64,000 nucleotides of DNA, from positions 443 through 64,442 of the forward strand of contig CANPXT010000008.1 of NCBI GenBank assembly GCA_947586835.1, read 5' to 3'. Position 1 is the first letter of the stretch. Every line of letters begins with the position of its first letter. The translations under genes and the position numbers were made by a program. Of the stretch, positions 48,508 to 60,553 are shown one piece after another. The notes under the pieces are model-generated. The model saw nothing but the letters and a program-made list of their open reading frames with translations, searched no databases and was not told the origin of the DNA. This DNA comes from an uncultured Alphaproteobacteria bacterium. GTDB lineage: Bacteria > Pseudomonadota > Alphaproteobacteria > CAAHEQ01 > UBA3637.

Positions 48508-49620
48508 ATGGAAAACATGAAAAAAATTAAAGATAAAAAATCGGTTGCAATTAAAAATGCATTATATGAAAATGCATCAACCAATCATCCCGCTTTTAAA
48601 ATGGTTGAAAACGGTGATATCGAAAAATTAAAAGAATTATCATTAGAGGGTATTATTAATGAAGAAGTTGACAATTTGGGTAATACCTTGTTGCACAAAG
48701 CCGTGCGCTCCGAAAATATGGAAATGATTAAAATTGTTTTGAAAATGAATATTGATGTTAATGCCAAAAACAATATGGGTGAAACGCCGTTGCATGTGGC
48801 TGCTAAATTTAATAATGTGTTGGCTATTAAAGAACTGTTACAGCATAAGGCTGACGTGAATGTCACGGATAATAATAAATTAACGCCGTTGCATGTGGCT
48901 GCCGCTCATAGCGATGTCGACGGTTTACGATTGCTGATGGCGCATGGTGCCGCTATTGAGGCCCGTGATAAATGGGGAACGACGCCTTTGTTTCGGGCAT
49001 CATCGGCGGCAAATGTTTCCGAATTGATTCATACCGGAAAAGCCAATGTGAATGATCAGGATATTTTGGGAAATACGCCGCTGTTTTATGCCGCATGGCG
49101 AAATGCCGGTAATGGTGAAGTTGTGGGTATGCTTTGTTTCTACGGCGCCGATCCGATGATGAAAAATTATCGCGGTTTTTCGGCTTTGGATATTGCCCGA
49201 GAAGAAAAACATCCCGAACTTGTTGAAAAAATGCAACATTATATTGTAATGGATACATTAAAATCGTTGGCTGCTCAAATTGAACAAAAAGCAAAAAATA
49301 TTCAGGAAATTTTGAAAGATACTTACGTCAGTCAAACGGCAAACAATGATTTAAAATATAATATGACGCGTTCGTTAATACGCTTGAAAACGGTTGAGCT
49401 CTTCTTAAAGCGCGCAGATTATCAGGAACAATTGAGAAAATCAATTACGGAACCGCAAGTTATTGCCGCTCAAAAAACAACCGATACTCTTTATACAGGT
49501 AAGGTTAATACAACAACTTGTAAACAATTAAACAAAAAAAATGTTCGGACAAATTCGCAGTTGGTGACGGGGCAAAAAACAATTGAGCTGCCGAATAATG
49601 AAAGAAGCAGAGAAAATTAA
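48508..49620 (+). CDS. Ankyrin-repeat protein with C-terminal helical extension
   Basis: GNTLLH, GETPLH, LTPLH, GTTPLF, GNTPLF repeats. Confidence 0.93.
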   Translation: MENMKKIKDKKSVAIKNALYENASTNHPAFKMVENGDIEKLKELSLEGIINEEVDNLGNTLLHKAVRSENMEMIKIVLKMNIDVNAKNNMGETPLHVAAKFNNVLAIKELLQHKADVNVTDNNKLTPLHVAAAHSDVDGLRLLMAHGAAIEARDKWGTTPLFRASSAANVSELIHTGKANVNDQDILGNTPLFYAAWRNAGNGEVVGMLCFYGADPMMKNYRGFSALDIAREEKHPELVEKMQHYIVMDTLKSLAAQIEQKAKNIQEILKDTYVSQTANNDLKYNMTRSLIRLKTVELFLKRADYQEQLRKSITEPQVIAAQKTTDTLYTGKVNTTTCKQLNKKNVRTNSQLVTGQKTIELPNNERSREN

Positions 49621-49835
49621 TTAAGCTTATGAAAGAAAAAACCGTCGGTTTTGTTGCCGGCGGTTTTTTTGTGCTTATTTGTAATTTTTATGTGTTTTTT
49701 TCACTTCTGTTTCGCTTGCGTGTTTTTATTTTCTCTCACATATTATACTTGTATATATTTCAAAATGAATTTGTTTTTATACATGAACATATTTAAAAAA
49801 TTGAACCCGAAGCGAATAAATCAGTCAAGACGTGT

Positions 49836-50147
49836 TTACCGAAACGCTTGACGGAATGTGCGAGCTGCTTGCGAAATACTGCGTGTGGACTCGGAAATAT
49901 CCCGAACGGCTTTTGTGTAATCGCGTAATGAACCGCCGTAGCTTTGTTTCACTTTACGACCGTCAGCCGTTACATAAGTCACGGTTGTTGCATTATAAGA
50001 ATGGTATTCCTCACAGGAAGTAATGCCACAGGTAACACCCGCAGCAGCAATAACCGCCAACGGACGCACACGGCGTTTTGCAAATTCTTTGACGGCTTTA
50101 ATTTTTTGCTTTGTTTCTGAAAAGAAATCCATGATTGCCTCCTTCAA
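49836..50147 (-). CDS. Putative lipoprotein
   Basis: Basic stretch, hydrophobic segment, lipobox ITSC; GGAGG RBS. Confidence 0.6.
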   Translation of the reverse strand: MKEAIMDFFSETKQKIKAVKEFAKRRVRPLAVIAAAGVTCGITSCEEYHSYNATTVTYVTADGRKVKQSYGGSLRDYTKAVRDISESTRSISQAARTFRQAFR

Positions 50148-50221
50148 AATAAATCATTCTTATTCAAGCGCTATATAGGTAGTTTAACATGGTTGTGCGG
50201 TTTTGTCAAGCAATTTTTTTA

Positions 50222-51034
50222 TTAAAATCCGTATCTTGAATAATTTTTATTGCGGGTAACGGAAGGGTATTGTTGCCCGTAAATGACCAGGGGTTTGCTT
50301 GAATGCCAAGGCAATGCACCGAATGCAAGTCCTAAATGATGAATGAGACGATCTTCGTGACGAAAGTCCAATCCGTATGGCTCGTCGGGTAAATATTTTA
50401 AATAAGCTGTCGGATTTTCTTTTGTTTTTATAAGTACATCTAAAATTTTGCGCGAAAAACAAAGGGTCGGACCCGTTAACTCAGTGTCGTTCTTTCTGAG
50501 ATAGGTTGTATCCAGATCTTCCGTCAGCAGCAGGGTATCGGAGGTATATGTTAAGTGTACTTTTTTATCCGGATTGTTGCGAAGATTATAGTTCGCTTCA
50601 TTTAATTTCTGGTTAACGGTTTCAAGATAATCAGGCGCATACCAATCATCATCGTCGATTTTGCAAAAATAATCGTAGCGGGATAAATCAACATTTTTGA
50701 TCGTATCCAATAAATTAAATAACTGTTTTTTGTTGACGTCATATCTTAAAAATAACCGTTTTTCTTTAATATACGGGCGCCATTCTTTTTCAAATGTCAG
50801 CCAGCTTTTTTCGGGATCAACGCCTTTTACGGAAACGGAAATGTCAAAATTTTGATAAGTTTGATTCATCAAACGAAATATTTGTCCCGATAAAAACATG
50901 GGACGCTTAAATGAAGAACACATCAGTAAAAATCGGTAATTTTTTTGAGAAGGATATGCTTTGCGATACATCGTATAACCGGTAGTTACGCACAGAAGTA
51001 AAAGAATCAGCAGTTTTATGGTCAGTTTTTTCAT
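50222..51034 (-). CDS. GT-A fold glycosyltransferase-like protein
   Basis: N-terminal anchor; NQTYQNF; YFCKIDDDDWYAPDYL; HED. Confidence 0.78.
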   Translation of the reverse strand: MKKLTIKLLILLLLCVTTGYTMYRKAYPSQKNYRFLLMCSSFKRPMFLSGQIFRLMNQTYQNFDISVSVKGVDPEKSWLTFEKEWRPYIKEKRLFLRYDVNKKQLFNLLDTIKNVDLSRYDYFCKIDDDDWYAPDYLETVNQKLNEANYNLRNNPDKKVHLTYTSDTLLLTEDLDTTYLRKNDTELTGPTLCFSRKILDVLIKTKENPTAYLKYLPDEPYGLDFRHEDRLIHHLGLAFGALPWHSSKPLVIYGQQYPSVTRNKNYSRYGF

Positions 51035-51061
51035 ATGTGTCTTTCATTTTGTGTCTTTATA

Positions 51062-51256
51062 TTAATAGTGAGGAGGCGGCGTTTCTTCAGATAACGGCTT
51101 GACTTCGGTTTTATCAAGAGAATCGATAATTCGTTTCAATTGTTTTTCTATTTCCGTTACTTGTTTGGCCAGTCGAAAAACTTCATCGCTCAATTCATCG
51201 ACCGTTCGTTCCTGTGAAGCAATATGCATTTCAATTTCCGCTATTCTGTCGATCAT
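51062..51256 (-). CDS. slyX: SlyX family protein
   Basis: RIAEIEM.IA.QE.TVDELS...ETPPPHY. Confidence 0.9.
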   Translation of the reverse strand: MIDRIAEIEMHIASQERTVDELSDEVFRLAKQVTEIEKQLKRIIDSLDKTEVKPLSEETPPPHY

Positions 51257-51442
51257 TTTTCACCCCTTCTTACTCTTTTAAAGGAAGACATATGAAATGT
51301 CAACATAAAAAAATAAAATTTTTACTTGACAAAAAAAAGTGTTTGGTGTATAACTTTCTTTGTTAATTGAAGAGGCGAGGGTTGCCTCAAAGGCTGCCTC
51401 AAAATTAACGTTTTTTTTAACTTTAACAATTGAGAGGAAAAA

Positions 51443-51637
51443 ATGCCTAAATTAAAATCAAAGAGTGCCGTTAAAAAACGGTTTTCGTTGACGGCGAGCG
51501 GTAAAATCAGAGGAACACAATCCTTTAAACGCCATAACTTAATGTGCAAATCACAAAAAATGAAACGCAATGCGCGCGGTAATACCGTGATGAGTGCGGT
51601 CATTTCTAAAATCGTCAAAAAATATTTAATCGGTTAA
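51443..51637 (+). CDS. rpmI: 50S ribosomal protein L35
   Basis: [21 protein letters not shown]. Confidence 0.97.
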   Translation: MPKLKSKSAVKKRFSLTASGKIRGTQSFKRHNLMCKSQKMKRNARGNTVMSAVISKIVKKYLIG

Positions 51638-51647
51638 GGAGGTTTGT

Positions 51648-52001
51648 ATGGCTAGAGTAAAACGTGGCACAACCGTTCGTGCAAAACATAATAAAATTTT
51701 AAAACTGGCAAAAGGATATCGCGGTCGCAATTCCAAAGTTTATACCGTTGCAAAACAAAAAGTTGAAAAAGGATTGCAATATGCTTATCGGGATCGGCGC
51801 GCCAAAAAAACCGAGATTCGTCAACTCTGGATTGCTCGTATCAATGCGGCCGTCCGGCAAAACGGAATGGTTTATTCGCGCTTTATGAACGGATTAAACA
51901 AAGCCGGTATCGTGCTGGACAGAAAAGTGTTGGCCGATATTGCTTTAAATGATGCGAAGTCCTTTGAAGCTTTGGTTGAAAAAGCAAAACAAGCTTTATA
52001 A
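51648..52001 (+). CDS. rplT: 50S ribosomal protein L20
   Basis: MARVKRG...AKGYRG...LWIARINAA. Confidence 0.98.
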   Translation: MARVKRGTTVRAKHNKILKLAKGYRGRNSKVYTVAKQKVEKGLQYAYRDRRAKKTEIRQLWIARINAAVRQNGMVYSRFMNGLNKAGIVLDRKVLADIALNDAKSFEALVEKAKQAL

Positions 52002-52138
52002 TTTTATAAAGAAGTGTCAGCCTGAAAAAAAAAGAGCCTTCGGTTATCGGGGGTTCTTTTTTAATGCTTTTTTTCTTGCGTTTTCTTTGTTTTTGTGATA
52101 GTATTAAAAAATTAAATTATAAAGTCAGGAGTGTTTTT

Positions 52139-52909
52139 ATGCGCGTTTCGGCAAATGAATTATTGCATCAAGCCGTTGAAAGCGAAAATATGGGAAAATT
52201 AAAGGCTGCCGTTATGGCCGGTGCCGATGTGTCTTGTGCGGATAAAAATAAAATAACGGCATTAATGAAAGCTGTTCAGAAAAATAATTTGAAAATGGTT
52301 CAATTTCTATTATCGGAGCAGGCAGATGTTAATGCAATCTCAACAAACGGGAAAACGGCTTTATCATTAGCTATTGCCAATCACAATACCGGAATAGCGC
52401 TACGTTTAATGACATACGGAGCCTTGTTGACCGGTCAATCGCGTTTTTTGAAATCGACGCCGTTGATTGAGGCGATACAACATAAAAATATTGAAGTTTT
52501 AAAGTTATTGTTGTTTCGGAAAGTCAATGTGAATCAGCCGGATAAAGACGGCAAAACCGCTTTGTCGGAAGCAATTGTTCATGACTTTGATGCGGCGGTT
52601 TCTTTGCTCTTAAAAGCCGGCGCTGATGTGAATGCTGCCGATAAAAAGGGAGTCACACCGTTAATGAAGACCGTTCAACGGCAAAATAAAGAAAATATTA
52701 TTGCTCAACTATGTTTGCACGGTGCTGATTTAACACGACAAGATCATTCCGGTCGTACGGTTTTTGATTATATTCCGACGGCTCGAACGGCGCGTATGGT
52801 CAAAGAATGTGTTTTGACATATCAAATAATAAGTGCCGGTAAAAATAACAAAAGTCAAGTTGATGCAGTAATGATGAAAATGCGTAAGGATATGCAATTG
52901 CATCGATAG
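52139..52909 (+). CDS. Ankyrin-repeat protein
   Basis: TALM, GKTALS, STPLI, GVTPLM repeats; ATG 52139 after AGGAG. Confidence 0.92.
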   Translation: MRVSANELLHQAVESENMGKLKAAVMAGADVSCADKNKITALMKAVQKNNLKMVQFLLSEQADVNAISTNGKTALSLAIANHNTGIALRLMTYGALLTGQSRFLKSTPLIEAIQHKNIEVLKLLLFRKVNVNQPDKDGKTALSEAIVHDFDAAVSLLLKAGADVNAADKKGVTPLMKTVQRQNKENIIAQLCLHGADLTRQDHSGRTVFDYIPTARTARMVKECVLTYQIISAGKNNKSQVDAVMMKMRKDMQLHR

Positions 52910-52947
52910 AGAGATTTCGAAAATTAAGTGAAAAATGAATATTAAGG

Positions 52948-53823
52948 ATGGAAGAAATGCAAGGAAAAGAAGTAGATATTGATTTAGCAACCTCGACTGA
53001 CGTTTTGCGCTTTTTGGAAAACGGCGGAAATGTCAATGATTTTGATTGGGATGGAGAAACACCGCTGATGATTGCCGTTCAACAAAAAGATAATGATTTG
53101 TTTGAACGGTTATTACAAAAACACGCTGATATAAATGCTGCAAATGCTTGGGGTGAAACGGTTTTAATGATGGCGGCCGAACGAAATGATGTCCAATGGG
53201 TTTCGAAGCTTCTGGAAAAGGGGGCACAAATAAATCAAAAAAACAAACATGGCGAAACGGCGTTATTTTATGCCGTTCGTGCCGATCGGTCAGATATTGT
53301 TCAAACATTAATGCAAGCCGGCGCCGAGTTAAACATTCAAAACGAGCAAGGTCAAAGTGCTTTAATGATTGCTTGTTCGCGTCGCAATGCGGATATTGTT
53401 AAAGATTTGTTGAAAGGAAAGCCGGAATTAAATAAAACCGATAGAGAGAAACGTACGGCTTTAATGCATTATTTGGAAGGGTCTTTGCGCGGGAAAGATC
53501 AAGTCGGAAAAACAGCATTTCTGTTAATGACGGCCGGTGCCGATTTAACTTCAACGGATGCAAAAGGAACCACGCTTTTTGAAATGGCCTGTCGAGCGGG
53601 CTTTTATGATTTTGCTGCCGAATTGCTTAAAAAAGATACGGTTAATATTCAATCGGTGTCTGATGAAAATAAGCTGATGGCTTGTATTGCGGATAATCGG
53701 GAAGTGAAACAATTGCTTTCGGAAAAATGTTTGGAACGACGAAAAGCGTTAAAAAATAATCAGAAAAACTTTTGGACAAGGCTTTTTGGGCGGTCTCAAA
53801 AAAATAACGATCGAAACGCTTAA
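52948..53823 (+). CDS. Ankyrin-repeat protein
   Basis: GETPLM, GETVLM, GETALF, GQSALM repeats. Confidence 0.92.
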   Translation: MEEMQGKEVDIDLATSTDVLRFLENGGNVNDFDWDGETPLMIAVQQKDNDLFERLLQKHADINAANAWGETVLMMAAERNDVQWVSKLLEKGAQINQKNKHGETALFYAVRADRSDIVQTLMQAGAELNIQNEQGQSALMIACSRRNADIVKDLLKGKPELNKTDREKRTALMHYLEGSLRGKDQVGKTAFLLMTAGADLTSTDAKGTTLFEMACRAGFYDFAAELLKKDTVNIQSVSDENKLMACIADNREVKQLLSEKCLERRKALKNNQKNFWTRLFGRSQKNNDRNA

Positions 53824-53991
53824 CACGAAAAGTAAACATGTCTTGCCGGATAAATCAGAGCCTGTGTTCGGCACGGGAAGTGATTCTTTAAAAAAAATTA
53901 TTAAGAAAGTTAAAAAAAAAGCTTGTTTTTTGTGTAAAAAAAGGCTAACCTAAACCCGAAAATTAATTTTTTTTAAAGAAAGGATTTTAAA

Positions 53992-54462
53992 ATGGCAGGT
54001 AGTATGAATAAAGTGATATTGGTCGGTAACTTGGGACGGGATCCCGAAATCAGACACACAAACGCAGGGCAGAAAATTGCCAATATTTCCGTGGCAACTT
54101 CTGATGTTTGGCGTGATAAGTCGGGTGAACGGCAAGAAAAAACGGAATGGCATCGCGTGGTGGTGTTTAATTCAAATCTGGCCGATTTTGCCGAACGTTT
54201 TTTGAAAAAAGGTTCCAAAGTCTATGTGGAAGGATCTTTGCAAACAAGAAAATTTACCGATCAAAGCGGACAAGACAGATATACAACGGAAATTGTCATC
54301 GGTGCATATCGCGGGGAATTAATTGTGTTGGATCAGCGTTCGGACGGCAATAATGCCGGCGGATTTGCTGCTGCCGATTCCGCATCGAACGGCACGGGAT
54401 GGGATACGACACCGCTTTCGGGCGGCAGTGCCGAAACGGTTGATGATGAAATTCCCTTTTAG
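53992..54462 (+). CDS. ssb: Single-stranded DNA-binding protein
   Basis: [19 protein letters not shown]...TEWHRVV...DDEIPF. Confidence 0.97.
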   Translation: MAGSMNKVILVGNLGRDPEIRHTNAGQKIANISVATSDVWRDKSGERQEKTEWHRVVVFNSNLADFAERFLKKGSKVYVEGSLQTRKFTDQSGQDRYTTEIVIGAYRGELIVLDQRSDGNNAGGFAAADSASNGTGWDTTPLSGGSAETVDDEIPF

Positions 54463-54559
54463 AAACGCTTAAAAACATAATCGGTAAAAATCTTTAAGTA
54501 TTTTACCCCCGAAAAATGCGGGTTATCATTGATAAAAAATAAAAAGAAAGTTGAAGGAA

Positions 54560-57412
54560 ATGACTGAAGAAATCAATTTAAATCAAGAAATTGCAAATAT
54601 TCCAGCGACAGCGACAAACTCAACGGATGTTCAGCCGACCGCCATTGAAGAGGAAATGCGCAAGTCATACTTGGATTATGCCATGAGCGTGATTGTATCA
54701 CGGGCTCTTCCCGATGTGCGCGACGGTTTAAAGCCCGTTCATCGGCGTATTTTATTTTCCATGAATGAAAACGGCTATGATTACAATAAACCTTTTCGGA
54801 AATCGGCACGTATTGTCGGCGATGTGATGGGTAAATATCATCCGCACGGTGACAGTTCCATTTATGAAGCCATGGTGCGTATGGCACAAACGTTTTCTAT
54901 GCGAGTGCCGCTTATCAGCTCACAGGGAAATTTCGGCTCCATGGACGGCGATAAAGCGGCCGCCATGCGTTATACCGAAGCACGATTGGCGCAAACGGCG
55001 CATTGGTTATTGGAAGATATTGATCAAGATACGGTTGATTTTCGTCCGAACTATGATGAAACTTGTGAAGAACCGGAAGTTTTACCGGCACGGTTTCCGA
55101 ATATTTTGGTCAACGGTTCGGGTGGTATTGCCGTTGGTATGGCTACCAATATGCCGCCACACAATTTGGGTGAGGTTTTATCAGCGTGTATTGCTTTAAT
55201 TGACAATCCTGATTTAACGAGTGAAGAATTGATGGCTTATGTGCCGGCTCCCGATTTTCCGACAGGTGGTATTATTTTAGGGCGGGGCGGCGCGCGTTCG
55301 GCCTATACAACCGGTCGCGGATCCGTCATTATGCGCGGTCGGTGTTCCATTGAAGAAATCAAAAAAGACAAAACCGCCATTATCGTGACGGAAATTCCCT
55401 ATCAGGTTAATAAAGCGCAAATGATTATGCGTATTGCCGAATTGGTGAAAGATAAAGTGATTGACGGCATTTCCGATTTGCGGGATGAATCCGATCGGCA
55501 AGGTGTTCGCGTGGTGATTGAATTAAAGCGAGATGCGCATCCGGAAGTGGTGCTCAATCAGCTTTATAAATTTACACCGTTGCAAACGAGTTTCGGAATG
55601 AATATGTTGGCACTGAACAACGGTCGACCGGAGTTGATGACGTTGCAATCCATTTTATCTTCATTCATTCGTTTTCGGGAAGAAGTGGTACGCCGGCGTA
55701 CGGTTTATCAACTCAACAAAGCGCGCGACAGAGCGCATGTGTTGGTCGGATTGGCGATTGCCGTTGCGAATTTAGATGCCGTGATTGAAATGATTAAAAC
55801 ATCGTCGGATTCAAATGTGGCACGGCAACGTTTAATTGAAACAAACTGGGATGCCAGCGATGTTGCCGGTTTGATTGAATTGATTGACGAACCGGGGCGC
55901 AAAGTGGTTGACGGGCATTATACGTTATCCGAAGCACAGGCACGGGCGATTCTCGACTTGAAATTGCAACGCTTAACCGGTTTGGAACGCGATAAAGTGC
56001 ACGGCGAAGTCGGTGAGTTGGCGGGATTGATTAAAGGGTATTTGTCAACATTGGCTTCACGCGAGAAAATTTATGCCATTATTCGCGAAGAGTTTGAAAC
56101 ATTAAAAGCACAATATCCCGATGAACGGCGTACCAGTATTGAAGATGCCGAGTTTGAGCAGGATATGGAAGATTTAATTCCGCGTGAAAATATGGTTGTT
56201 ACGGTTTCCGATAACGGATACATTAAACGTGTGCCGCTTTCCACATATCGGGCCCAACATCGGGGCGGTAAGGGGCGTGCCGGTATGTCCACGCGTGAAG
56301 AAGATCAGGTGTCGCAATTATTTGTGGCTTGTACGCATAGTCCGTTGCTGTTTTTCTCAACACGCGGTATCGTATATAAATTAAAGACATACCGTTTGCC
56401 CGAAAGTTCACCGCAATCATTGGGTAAAGCGCTTATTAATTTATTGCCGTTGCAACAGGGTGAAACAATTTCGACTATTTTAACATTGCCGGAAGAAGAA
56501 TCCGCGTGTGAAAATCAAACGGTTGTGTTTGCAACTTCCAGCGGAAACGTGCGACGCAATCGCCTGAAAGATTTTTATAACGTGAATGCTAACGGTAAAA
56601 TTGCTATGAAGCTTGACGAAGGTGACACGTTAATCGGCGTACAGATTTGTAATGACGGCGATGATGTTCTGCTGGCGGGTGCACAAGGTAAATGTGTGCG
56701 TTTCCCTGTTGCTGATTTGCGTATTTTCGAATCGCGCGCTTCAACGGGTGTACGCGGTATGAAACTTGCTGCCGGCGATCGTGTGATTTCGATGAGTGTA
56801 GTTAAACATGCCAAAGCCGATATTGATAAGCGAGATGCTTATTTGAAAGAAGCAGCGGCAATACGACGGGCAGCCGGTCAGGCGGAAGAGGGTGAAAGTC
56901 TTGAAACAACATCGACGACCGTTCAACTCACGCCTGAGGAATTTGAAAAAATGGCGCGTGAAGAAGAGTTTATCTTAACCGTTACGGATAAGGGGTACGG
57001 TAAGCGATCCAGTGCTTATGAATATCGAATTACGGCGCGTGGTACATCGGGTGTGGTTAACATTAAAACGGACGAAGGCAAGCGAAAAGCCGAAGTGGTT
57101 GCAACCATGCCTGTTCCGAATGATGCGCACGTTATGTTAGTGACGGACGGCGGTAAACTCATTCGAATGAAAGTCAGCGATATTCGCATTGCGGGACGGA
57201 GCACCATGGGTGTTATTCTGTTCCGTTTGGACAACGATGAAAAAGTTGTTTCGGCAACGTGCATCACCGATATTGACGAAGATGAAGCTGATATGCCGGC
57301 AACGCCTCAATCAGATGAAACGCAGCTGATTGAAAGTATTAAAGATTCCGATTCGGTTCATGAAGCCGATGTGGAGGAAGAATCCGAATCCGATTCGGAA
57401 ACGGAAGAATAA
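54560..57412 (+). CDS. gyrA: DNA gyrase subunit A
   Basis: [29 protein letters not shown], GyrA box QHRGGKG; ATG 54560 (TTG 54551 is an alternative). Confidence 0.98.
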   Translation: MTEEINLNQEIANIPATATNSTDVQPTAIEEEMRKSYLDYAMSVIVSRALPDVRDGLKPVHRRILFSMNENGYDYNKPFRKSARIVGDVMGKYHPHGDSSIYEAMVRMAQTFSMRVPLISSQGNFGSMDGDKAAAMRYTEARLAQTAHWLLEDIDQDTVDFRPNYDETCEEPEVLPARFPNILVNGSGGIAVGMATNMPPHNLGEVLSACIALIDNPDLTSEELMAYVPAPDFPTGGIILGRGGARSAYTTGRGSVIMRGRCSIEEIKKDKTAIIVTEIPYQVNKAQMIMRIAELVKDKVIDGISDLRDESDRQGVRVVIELKRDAHPEVVLNQLYKFTPLQTSFGMNMLALNNGRPELMTLQSILSSFIRFREEVVRRRTVYQLNKARDRAHVLVGLAIAVANLDAVIEMIKTSSDSNVARQRLIETNWDASDVAGLIELIDEPGRKVVDGHYTLSEAQARAILDLKLQRLTGLERDKVHGEVGELAGLIKGYLSTLASREKIYAIIREEFETLKAQYPDERRTSIEDAEFEQDMEDLIPRENMVVTVSDNGYIKRVPLSTYRAQHRGGKGRAGMSTREEDQVSQLFVACTHSPLLFFSTRGIVYKLKTYRLPESSPQSLGKALINLLPLQQGETISTILTLPEEESACENQTVVFATSSGNVRRNRLKDFYNVNANGKIAMKLDEGDTLIGVQICNDGDDVLLAGAQGKCVRFPVADLRIFESRASTGVRGMKLAAGDRVISMSVVKHAKADIDKRDAYLKEAAAIRRAAGQAEEGESLETTSTTVQLTPEEFEKMAREEEFILTVTDKGYGKRSSAYEYRITARGTSGVVNIKTDEGKRKAEVVATMPVPNDAHVMLVTDGGKLIRMKVSDIRIAGRSTMGVILFRLDNDEKVVSATCITDIDEDEADMPATPQSDETQLIESIKDSDSVHEADVEEESESDSETEE

Positions 57413-57476
57413 AAGCCTTATTCCCTGTCGGTTTTATTGAAATCGGCAGGGAAATTCAAACAACAAAGGAGGGAAA

Positions 57477-58019
57477 ATGAAAAAGGCACTTTTAAGTTTA
57501 TTGGCAGGATTATTTTTAACAACAAGCGCAGGAGCACAAGATATGGATAAAGAAAACACAATTTATTTGGATACAAAATATGGTCGCACGGTAATTGAAT
57601 TGTTTCCTGATGTGGCGCCTAATCACGTGAAACGGATTAAGGAACTGACCCGTCAAGGCTTTTATAACGGTGTAAAGTTTCATCGGGTTATTCCCGGCTT
57701 TATGGCACAAACAGGCGATCCGACCGGAACGGGAACCGGTGGTTCGGGTAAAAAATTAAATGCCGAATTTAATGATAAACATCACGGTCGCGGTACGGTT
57801 TCAATGGCGCGTGCCATGGATGAAAACAGTGCGGACAGTCAATTTTTCATTTGCTTTGATGATGCCGCGTTTTTAGACGGGAAATACACTGTTTTCGGAC
57901 AAGTTACCTCGGGTATGGAATATATTGATGCCTTAAATGCCGGTACTTCTGCCAATAACGGTAAGGTTGCCAATCCGGACATCATTGTTAAGATGCAGGT
58001 AGCTGCTGACGAAAAATAA
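57477..58019 (+). CDS. Cyclophilin-type peptidyl-prolyl isomerase with signal peptide
   Basis: FHRVIPGFMAQTGDP.GTG.GGS; SMAR; SQFFI; YTVFGQV. Confidence 0.93.
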   Translation: MKKALLSLLAGLFLTTSAGAQDMDKENTIYLDTKYGRTVIELFPDVAPNHVKRIKELTRQGFYNGVKFHRVIPGFMAQTGDPTGTGTGGSGKKLNAEFNDKHHGRGTVSMARAMDENSADSQFFICFDDAAFLDGKYTVFGQVTSGMEYIDALNAGTSANNGKVANPDIIVKMQVAADEK

Positions 58020-58151
58020 AATTAAAGTCGACTTGAATATTTTAACTCCGACAGATAAAAAATTTGTCGGAGTTAATTTTTTTTTGATATTTTGTTTCAA
58101 GAAACGTTAAAATTATCCTTAAAGACAAAAAATGTCATATGATTGGTTATA

Positions 58152-58883
58152 TTATTCGCGTGATTTTTTGAAAGGAATGGGATTTATACTTTTTGGCGAA
58201 ACCGGCTCCCCGTTTGGCGAAACTTGCTCCCCAAAAATACTCAAACCACTGCTCTTATTCGGGTTGGGAGTTATCCCTATTTTTTTTGGAATGGAATCAT
58301 CCAATATTTGGACAATGGCAGCAGCTTCCTCTGAAAGTTTTTCATTTGTAATAGGCGTGCTGTTTTGTTTAAGCTTTCCGATTAAATTGATTCCGATAGC
58401 ATAATCTTGAGCCGTATAACCGTTTTTATCCGTCAGTAAAGCATCAGCACCGGCATTTATAAGGCTTTTTACCGTTTCAATGTCACCTCTTTCAGCCGCA
58501 TACATCAGTGCCGTTTTTCCTTGCTTGTCAGCTTGGTTGACGTTTGCGCCGGCTTGAATTAACATATCTGTTTGTGCTACCATTCGAGCGCACATTAAAG
58601 GCGTTTTACCATCATTATCACCTTGATTGACGTTTGCACCGGCTTGAATTAAATCTTTCATAATCGGAAGTGCTTCAGCCGCTGTCAGCGCTTGTTCCCC
58701 TTCGGCATCCGCTATGATAAGCAACGGCGTGCTTCCGTCGCTTTTGCGGGCGATATTTGGATTGGCGCCTTCATGCAATAATTTTTGAATTGTTGCATGA
58801 TTCGCTTCTTGACAAGCTTCGATTAGGGGTGTGTTTCCCACTTTATTAAAACGATTGACGGTTGTATGAGTAGATTTCATCAT
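58152..58883 (-). CDS. Ankyrin-repeat protein
   Basis: GNTPLI, GSTPLL, GKTPLM, GKTALM repeats. Confidence 0.92.
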   Translation of the reverse strand: MMKSTHTTVNRFNKVGNTPLIEACQEANHATIQKLLHEGANPNIARKSDGSTPLLIIADAEGEQALTAAEALPIMKDLIQAGANVNQGDNDGKTPLMCARMVAQTDMLIQAGANVNQADKQGKTALMYAAERGDIETVKSLINAGADALLTDKNGYTAQDYAIGINLIGKLKQNSTPITNEKLSEEAAAIVQILDDSIPKKIGITPNPNKSSGLSIFGEQVSPNGEPVSPKSINPIPFKKSRE

Positions 58884-59082
58884 TTTTTTTCCTTTCCGGT
58901 TGGGTTAAAAACTATCTGAATAACATTATATCAGAAAACAGAATGAAAGGCAAGCTTTTTTTTATTTTTTAACAGATTGATATTATTATAAAAAAATAAA
59001 TTAAATAAAAAAATGTATTTTTTTTGAAAAAAAAACTTGATTTTTTTTTAAAGTCAGTGTATAAATCTGTTCATTCCTTCAT

Positions 59083-59159
59083 GGATGTGTAGCTCAGGTG
59101 GTTAGAGTATTACGTTGACATCGTAAGGGTCGCAAGTTCGAGTCTTGCCACATCCACCA
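59083..59159 (+). tRNA. tRNA-Val(GAC)
   Basis: GGATGTG acceptor; anticodon arm TTACG-TTGACAT-CGTAA; CCA end. Confidence 0.96.
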
Positions 59160-59173
59160 CTTAAAACCGTTAT

Positions 59174-59250
59174 GGGGGTGTAGCTCAGTTGGTTAGAGCG
59201 TCTGCCTGTCACGCAGAAGGTCGAGGGTTCGAGCCCCTTCACTCCCGCCA
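59174..59250 (+). tRNA. tRNA-Asp(GTC)
   Basis: GGGGGTG acceptor; anticodon arm TCTGC-CTGTCAC-GCAGA; CCA end. Confidence 0.96.
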
Positions 59251-59300
59251 TTTAAAAAGCCGTTGTTTCTAACGGCCTTTTTTTTATCTAAAATACTGAA

Positions 59301-60338
59301 TTACCAATTATTTAAATGATTTGCCATATATTTTAAACCGGAAAGCGGAATATCGTTTTTAATCGTTAAACAAACGGGAATATTTTTTAGATAAGGACTT
59401 AATACCCCTTTTTGTTCAAAGATTTTCTGAAACGGAAAGTGCGTAACCAGTTGACGCACAAAAACATTATTAAGTAAGTTGCCCACTAAATAAACTCCGC
59501 CCGTTGTTTTAAATGTAACGGCCATATCGCTGCAAAAAACGGCTAAATATTTTAAAAACAACCACCAGCAAAGAAGGGCGGTTTGATCTCCTTCTTCTGC
59601 CAGTGTTGTCATATCAGCCGGCTCCGTTACGATTGTTTTGGATTGCGATTGATTTTGAAGAACGAACGAAAATGCCGTTTGCATCTCTTGCATTTCTTCA
59701 TTTAAAAAAGTATTTATCCAATCAAAGCCTTTTTCTTTTAATAAGCGATACAGGAACAATAAGCCCGGTCCCGAGAGAACGCGTTCAAAAGAAACATAGC
59801 CGATTTTTTCGGATAAAGCCTGATTAACAGCCATCATTCCTTTGGAAATACTGCCGATTAAGGTATGTCCGCCTTCCGATTCAAAAACACGCCAGATATT
59901 ATTTTGTTCAGGCGTTAAAAAACACACGCCCAAACCCGTTCCGGCTCCGATAACGGTTCGCGGTCCGACGGATAAAGCGGTTGAGCTGCTGAGTGAAATA
60001 TAATCGGTTTCTTCACAATCGATTAGCCCCAGTCCTTGTAAGGAAAAGTCGTTGACTAAAATCACTTCTTTTAAATGAAAGGTTGTTTTTAAAACAGTTT
60101 CATCAATAATCCAGTGATAATTTGTTAATTGAATGGCGTTATTTTTTTTTATTCCGGCTGCTCCGATAATAAAAGCGTCAACACCGCTGTTTGTTTGAGC
60201 CAAAAAAGAACGAACGGCACTTTCAAACGAATCAAAATGCCTGATTTTATAGGTTGAAGAGGCAATAATCTCTTCTTTTTGATATAAGGCGAAACGAACA
60301 TTTGTTCCGCCGACATCCGAAAGTAAAAATGTTCTCAT
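59301..60338 (-). CDS. glk: Glucokinase (Glk family)
   Basis: DVGGTNVRFAL, NDF, GAGTGLG, EGGH, ERVLSGPGL, GGVYL.G. Confidence 0.88.
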   Translation of the reverse strand: MRTFLLSDVGGTNVRFALYQKEEIIASSTYKIRHFDSFESAVRSFLAQTNSGVDAFIIGAAGIKKNNAIQLTNYHWIIDETVLKTTFHLKEVILVNDFSLQGLGLIDCEETDYISLSSSTALSVGPRTVIGAGTGLGVCFLTPEQNNIWRVFESEGGHTLIGSISKGMMAVNQALSEKIGYVSFERVLSGPGLLFLYRLLKEKGFDWINTFLNEEMQEMQTAFSFVLQNQSQSKTIVTEPADMTTLAEEGDQTALLCWWLFLKYLAVFCSDMAVTFKTTGGVYLVGNLLNNVFVRQLVTHFPFQKIFEQKGVLSPYLKNIPVCLTIKNDIPLSGLKYMANHLNNW

Positions 60339-60553
60339 AAAATACCTTTAAATTGATTTATTACACACCATACATTTGAACAAACACATTTGATGCCATT
60401 CCAAAAGCGCTCTAAAATCGGTTGTGAATAGGCGCTTCCCAAACAACTTAACAAATCATTGCTGCACGAAAATGTAAAATCAGGTGTTGCGAAAAAAGCG
60501 CCGAGTAAGCAAATAAACGTAATGCCGAGAAAAATAAAAATAATACGAATCAT
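60335..60553 (-). CDS. Small membrane/secreted Cys-rich protein
   Basis: Hydrophobic N-terminus; overlaps both neighbouring genes (ATGA). Confidence 0.65.
   Translation of the reverse strand: MIRIIFIFLGITFICLLGAFFATPDFTFSCSNDLLSCLGSAYSQPILERFWNGIKCVCSNVWCVINQFKGIL

Noticed and set aside
53992-54462. ssb as a phage replication gene
   Set aside because: Typical alphaproteobacterial host SSB next to gyrA, outside the phage-like modules
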